This document shows, piece by piece, positions 60,179-64,000 of a stretch of 64,000 nt of DNA. The number at the start of each line of letters is the position of its first letter. The first letter of the stretch is position 1. This stretch comes from an uncultured Methanobacteriaceae archaeon (lineage in GTDB: Archaea; Methanobacteriota; Methanobacteria; Methanobacteriales; Methanobacteriaceae). The translations under genes and the position numbers were made by a program. Under the pieces are notes generated by a model that was not told where the DNA came from, did no database searches, and saw only the letters and a program-made list of their open reading frames with translations. The stretch covers positions 2,122,328 through 2,186,327 of the forward strand of contig OY969779.1 in NCBI GenBank assembly GCA_963703015.1, written 5' to 3'.

Positions 60179-62359
60179 ATGAAATTATTAAATCCCCTTA
60201 AAATGAATGATTGGAATATTCGATATCTCATTATCACTGTTGTGCTGTTCCAGATTTTGCTTTGGACTTCCATAATAGCGGATTTTTACGGAATTGACAT
60301 CCCACTTTTGAGGGGAGTTTCAGCATTAATAGCTCTATTTTTCCTCAATGGTATATTAATCCTCAGAATTCTCCGAATTCATGAACTTGACAGTATCAGA
60401 AATCTGCTTTATGCATTTGGTTTGAGTACTGCATCTATAATGTTCTTTGGAATGCTGGTTGATTTTGCATATCCATTGATGGGCATAACCCAACCAATAT
60501 CAACTGATCCTCTGTTGATCACATTTACAATATTTACAGGGTTTCTCTGTTATTTGAGTTACAGAAGGGATAAAAATTACAACCAACCTGAAATAATAGA
60601 TACAAAGGGTTACTCAACACCCCTCCTAATATTTATGCTGCTCCCATTTACAGGAATATTTGGAGCCTACTTAATGAACACATATGGAAGTAATGCTCTT
60701 CTCATAATCATGTTCTTTTTAATAGCAATTGTACCATTTTTAGTGGCCTACAACAAGTTCATCCCTAAAAAGATGTATCCATTTGCGATATTTTCCATTG
60801 CATTGACACTCCTCTTTTCAACATCACTCATCTCATCCTACATAGTTGGATGGGACATAAACCTGGAGTACTACTTCACCAACTTGGTTGTTACCAACTC
60901 ATACTGGAATTCATCAGTGCCAGATCTTTTAAATGCAATGTTAAGTCTGGTTATAATAGTTCCAATTTTCTCCAAAATTTCAGGTTTGTCTGTTGTAACC
61001 ATATTCAAGGTTGTATATCCATTCCTGTTTGTATTGGTACCAATTGGACTTTACTCAATATTTTCTAGGCAGACCAACAAAAAAATAGCCTTCTTTGCAT
61101 GTTTCCTTTTTGTAACAATATTCATGTTCTTTTTGGAGATGCCCTACCTCGCAAGACAGGAAATTGGGGAACTATTCTTTGTGCTCATGATAATGCTCAT
61201 GATAGAGGATGGTGTATCAGATAAAAACATCTTGATAATGACCATGATCTTCATACCTGCCCTGTTAGTGTCTCATTATTCCATGGACTACATCTACATA
61301 TTTCTGGTAGTAACTGCCTACTTGATAATTTTACTTAGAAATATGAATTTGGCCAAAAAATATCCAATTCTGGCCAAATGGCCATTTATCAGCTTTTTCT
61401 TTAAGAGAACAGATCAATATGAAAAACCCAAGATGAGGTACAAACTCCAGATACTACTTTTATTGAGTGTCACAGTTGTTTACTACCTGTTTGTTTCAAG
61501 TTCTGTGCTTTTCCACTTAACAGTTACCACAATAAACAACCTCATCACTCTAAGCTACCTTTTCCTGTTTAATCCACGTGCTCTTATGGCTGTAGGTATT
61601 GTTACCAGTGAAAAATCTTTTTTAAGAAGCATTGCCCTGGTGATGCACCTTTTGATAGAATTTTTGATATTTGTGGGAATTGTTTCGTTGTTGTACAGGC
61701 GTACAAAAATGAAATTCAACGAAAATTTCGGCTTGTTTTCGGTTATGAGCTTTTTACTTTTGATATTGGTACTTGTTGTACCATTCCTTGCAGGTGCACT
61801 CAACCCTGAAAGATTCTATCAAATAGCCCTGATATTTTTGTCTGTTTTCTTTGTTGTGGGATGGTTACAGTTTTTCAACTTCCTAAACAAAAAATTAGGA
61901 TCAAGATGGTCCAAAGAATCAGTTAAACAGTCATCATTTAAACTCATGGCCCTGTTTCTGGCTGTTTCACTACTGTTTAATGGGGGAGTTGTGTACGAAC
62001 TTCTGCATGATAAACCTGCTTCATTGGTCCTTCACAGTTCAATGGACGGACCTAAGTTTAACACCCTTGAAGTTACTGGTGCAGAGTGGATAACTCAATA
62101 CAGGGACAACGATAATGTTTATGCAGATTCGTACAGATTTTTACTCCTAAATGGCTTCATACCATACGATAAAACTAAACCAGTGAGTTATTCGCCAAAT
62201 GGTGGATCTTACATGTTTTTAGGTACATACAATCTATTAACTGGAGAGTTTGGTATACCTACTCCTGGTCAAACCACCCTAACCTATTACAGCATAGCCA
62301 ACCTGACGAATCAGGCCAGTAGCATATACGACAATGGTGGATCAAAAATATTCCTTTAG
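60179..62359 (+). CDS. DUF2206-family polytopic membrane protein
   Basis: Motifs GWDI..EYY, LARQEIGE, SHYS, ERFY and IYDNG. Paralog of 32114..34264. Confidence 0.78.
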   Translation: MKLLNPLKMNDWNIRYLIITVVLFQILLWTSIIADFYGIDIPLLRGVSALIALFFLNGILILRILRIHELDSIRNLLYAFGLSTASIMFFGMLVDFAYPLMGITQPISTDPLLITFTIFTGFLCYLSYRRDKNYNQPEIIDTKGYSTPLLIFMLLPFTGIFGAYLMNTYGSNALLIIMFFLIAIVPFLVAYNKFIPKKMYPFAIFSIALTLLFSTSLISSYIVGWDINLEYYFTNLVVTNSYWNSSVPDLLNAMLSLVIIVPIFSKISGLSVVTIFKVVYPFLFVLVPIGLYSIFSRQTNKKIAFFACFLFVTIFMFFLEMPYLARQEIGELFFVLMIMLMIEDGVSDKNILIMTMIFIPALLVSHYSMDYIYIFLVVTAYLIILLRNMNLAKKYPILAKWPFISFFFKRTDQYEKPKMRYKLQILLLLSVTVVYYLFVSSSVLFHLTVTTINNLITLSYLFLFNPRALMAVGIVTSEKSFLRSIALVMHLLIEFLIFVGIVSLLYRRTKMKFNENFGLFSVMSFLLLILVLVVPFLAGALNPERFYQIALIFLSVFFVVGWLQFFNFLNKKLGSRWSKESVKQSSFKLMALFLAVSLLFNGGVVYELLHDKPASLVLHSSMDGPKFNTLEVTGAEWITQYRDNDNVYADSYRFLLLNGFIPYDKTKPVSYSPNGGSYMFLGTYNLLTGEFGIPTPGQTTLTYYSIANLTNQASSIYDNGGSKIFL

Positions 62360-62424
62360 AAACAAAAAATAGGGTAAAATCTAAAACCAATTACAGGGTT
62401 TATTATCTAAAAAAAACATGGGAT

Positions 62425-63489
62425 TTAGATCAATAACATAATTCCATCCCATGTACCATTTAGAAATGATCTGAGTTTGGTTTGATCTCTACGTACAAAT
62501 GTGAGTGAAAATAGTATTTTCCAGAAGAAGTAAAGGAAGTAATATAAGCTTGAAGTGAAACATTCCCACAGATTTTCGTTGAGTTTCATGAAGAGGAACC
62601 TGTTTCTGATCATGTAGTAAATGCTCAGTGCACCAGCATCTGAACCATAACATTTGTGCCAAATTTTTGAATTATGGGTATAAATGGTTTTAAACCCTGC
62701 TTTTTTACCTCTCATACACCAGTCTATCTCTTCCCAGTAGGTGAAGTAGTCTGGATTAAAGAAACCAACGGTTTCTCCAAGTTTTTGACTCACGAGCATG
62801 CATGAACCTTCAACATAGTCCACGATCCTATCATTGTTGTACTGCCCATTATCCGTTTCATCCTTAGCAACAGGATGGGGTTCTGAGGTGTTTAGGTTGA
62901 TGTTTCCACCAGCAAAACTCATGAGATTTGAAACTTCATTGGAGTTGTAGTAATAAATTTTTGGACCTGCAAATCCCACATCTTTAAATTTGGAAACAGA
63001 ATTTATCATATTTATAAGAAATTGGGGATCAACTACGGTGTCATTGTTTAATAGCAAATAATAATCTGGTTTTAGTTTATTGGATGCGAATTTAAGTGCA
63101 ATATTGTTACCACCTGTAAAACCATAGTTAGAATCGTTTTTGATCATGATGATGTTTTCGAGTCTGCTGTTGTTTATAAAATTGGTTGGGTCAAGCTCAA
63201 CAGATTCTAAATCTTTTAAATCAATTTCAAACACATTTTTAACTCTATTTTGGGGATGGTTTTTGTTCTTGATTCTTTGATAATAATTTCTGATCTGTTC
63301 GATGGAATCATCATGGGAGGCATTATCAACCAATATCATATGGTAATTAGGATAATCTAAACCATTAATAGATTCCAAACATTCTATGGTGTCCTGCCAT
63401 CCATTCCAATTCAGTACAATGAATGCAACTCTTGGATAGGTTGGATTTTCATTTAGAAATTTGCCCATACTATTATTATTTCCCTTCAC
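62425..63489 (-). CDS. GT2 glycosyltransferase (rhamnosyltransferase-like)
   Basis: Motifs IVLNWNG, DNAS, N.GF.GGNN, LLNND, G.CML and Y.EE.D.C.R. Confidence 0.88.
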   Translation of the reverse strand: MKGNNNSMGKFLNENPTYPRVAFIVLNWNGWQDTIECLESINGLDYPNYHMILVDNASHDDSIEQIRNYYQRIKNKNHPQNRVKNVFEIDLKDLESVELDPTNFINNSRLENIIMIKNDSNYGFTGGNNIALKFASNKLKPDYYLLLNNDTVVDPQFLINMINSVSKFKDVGFAGPKIYYYNSNEVSNLMSFAGGNINLNTSEPHPVAKDETDNGQYNNDRIVDYVEGSCMLVSQKLGETVGFFNPDYFTYWEEIDWCMRGKKAGFKTIYTHNSKIWHKCYGSDAGALSIYYMIRNRFLFMKLNENLWECFTSSLYYFLYFFWKILFSLTFVRRDQTKLRSFLNGTWDGIMLLI

Positions 63490-64000
63490 TCCGTTAATAT
63501 TTTTTTACAAAAATAATTTCTAAACCCATCAATCCTCCCAACTAAAAACAGACACATGTCAAATTTAAAATGGAGGGATGTGCTTTTCTAACAAAAATAT
63601 TGGGTTTGAATTGAAAGTAAATAGATGATACTATCTAAATATTTAATTTTTGTTTAACTTTTTTTAAATATTGTAGAGAATTCATACATTTTCACAAAAA
63701 AATTTGCCTATTAATCGATATGTGCTAGTTTTCACAAAAACAATATTTGGAATTTTTCAAGATTTCTGAAGTGGATATTATTAGTTTAAAGTAGGATACC
63801 ATGGATAAACTACCATTAAAATATGTTTTAGGGGATATATTTTTACTAATATTGTTCATTTTTTTTTAATTCTCTATGATTGTTGTTTGATTATCTTATT
63901 GTCTTGCTATTTGGTGGAGTATTCTACAAAAATTGAGGTTCTTTTATACTTCGTTAAACTACTATTGTTTTTCGATATAATACGGTTTAAACAGCCTATT

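Noticed and set aside
63490-64000. Short hydrophobic ORF fragments at the right edge (e.g. MDKLPLKYVLGDIFLLILFIFFNSL)
   Set aside because: AT-rich, short and truncated by the window, with no family evidence.

Overview
Archaeal DNA, most likely a Methanobacterium-like methanogen (inferred from DUF11/NosD adhesin-like proteins, DUF1616/DUF2206, uppP and GGTGA/GGGG-type RBSs). The window is a large cell-surface and glycosylation region. Its centre (about 7.3-37.4 kb) is visibly more AT-rich than the flanks and ends at a degenerate tyrosine recombinase. The standout is an apparently complete lasso-peptide-type RiPP system split into two blocks. Block 1 (8.2-9.9 kb) has an HPr-kinase-like kinase, PqqD/RRE (B1) and a transglutaminase-like leader peptidase (B2). 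Block 2 (17.9-23.5 kb) has an AsnB-like macrolactam cyclase lacking the N-terminal Cys, a 41-aa precursor missed by the ORF track (19793..19918, MPKKTEKKQVYNKPILKKYGDITKLTL|GPDGFGGDKDGGSG), an ABC exporter and a nucleotidyltransferase. The blocks are separated by about 8 kb of opposite-strand surface-protein genes: a 22-aa tandem-repeat protein and two tandem DUF11+NIDO-like adhesins sharing a near-identical 2.09 kb. Block 2 runs directly into a glycan biosynthesis cluster, which includes an oxidoreductase frameshifted at an A7 tract. The right part holds uppP, a MarR regulator, beta-helix/Ig adhesins, a flippase-CruF-like-UbiA-GT operon and a second glycan cluster. No rRNA, tRNA or CRISPR array was seen. 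All family calls come from motif recognition, not database searches.
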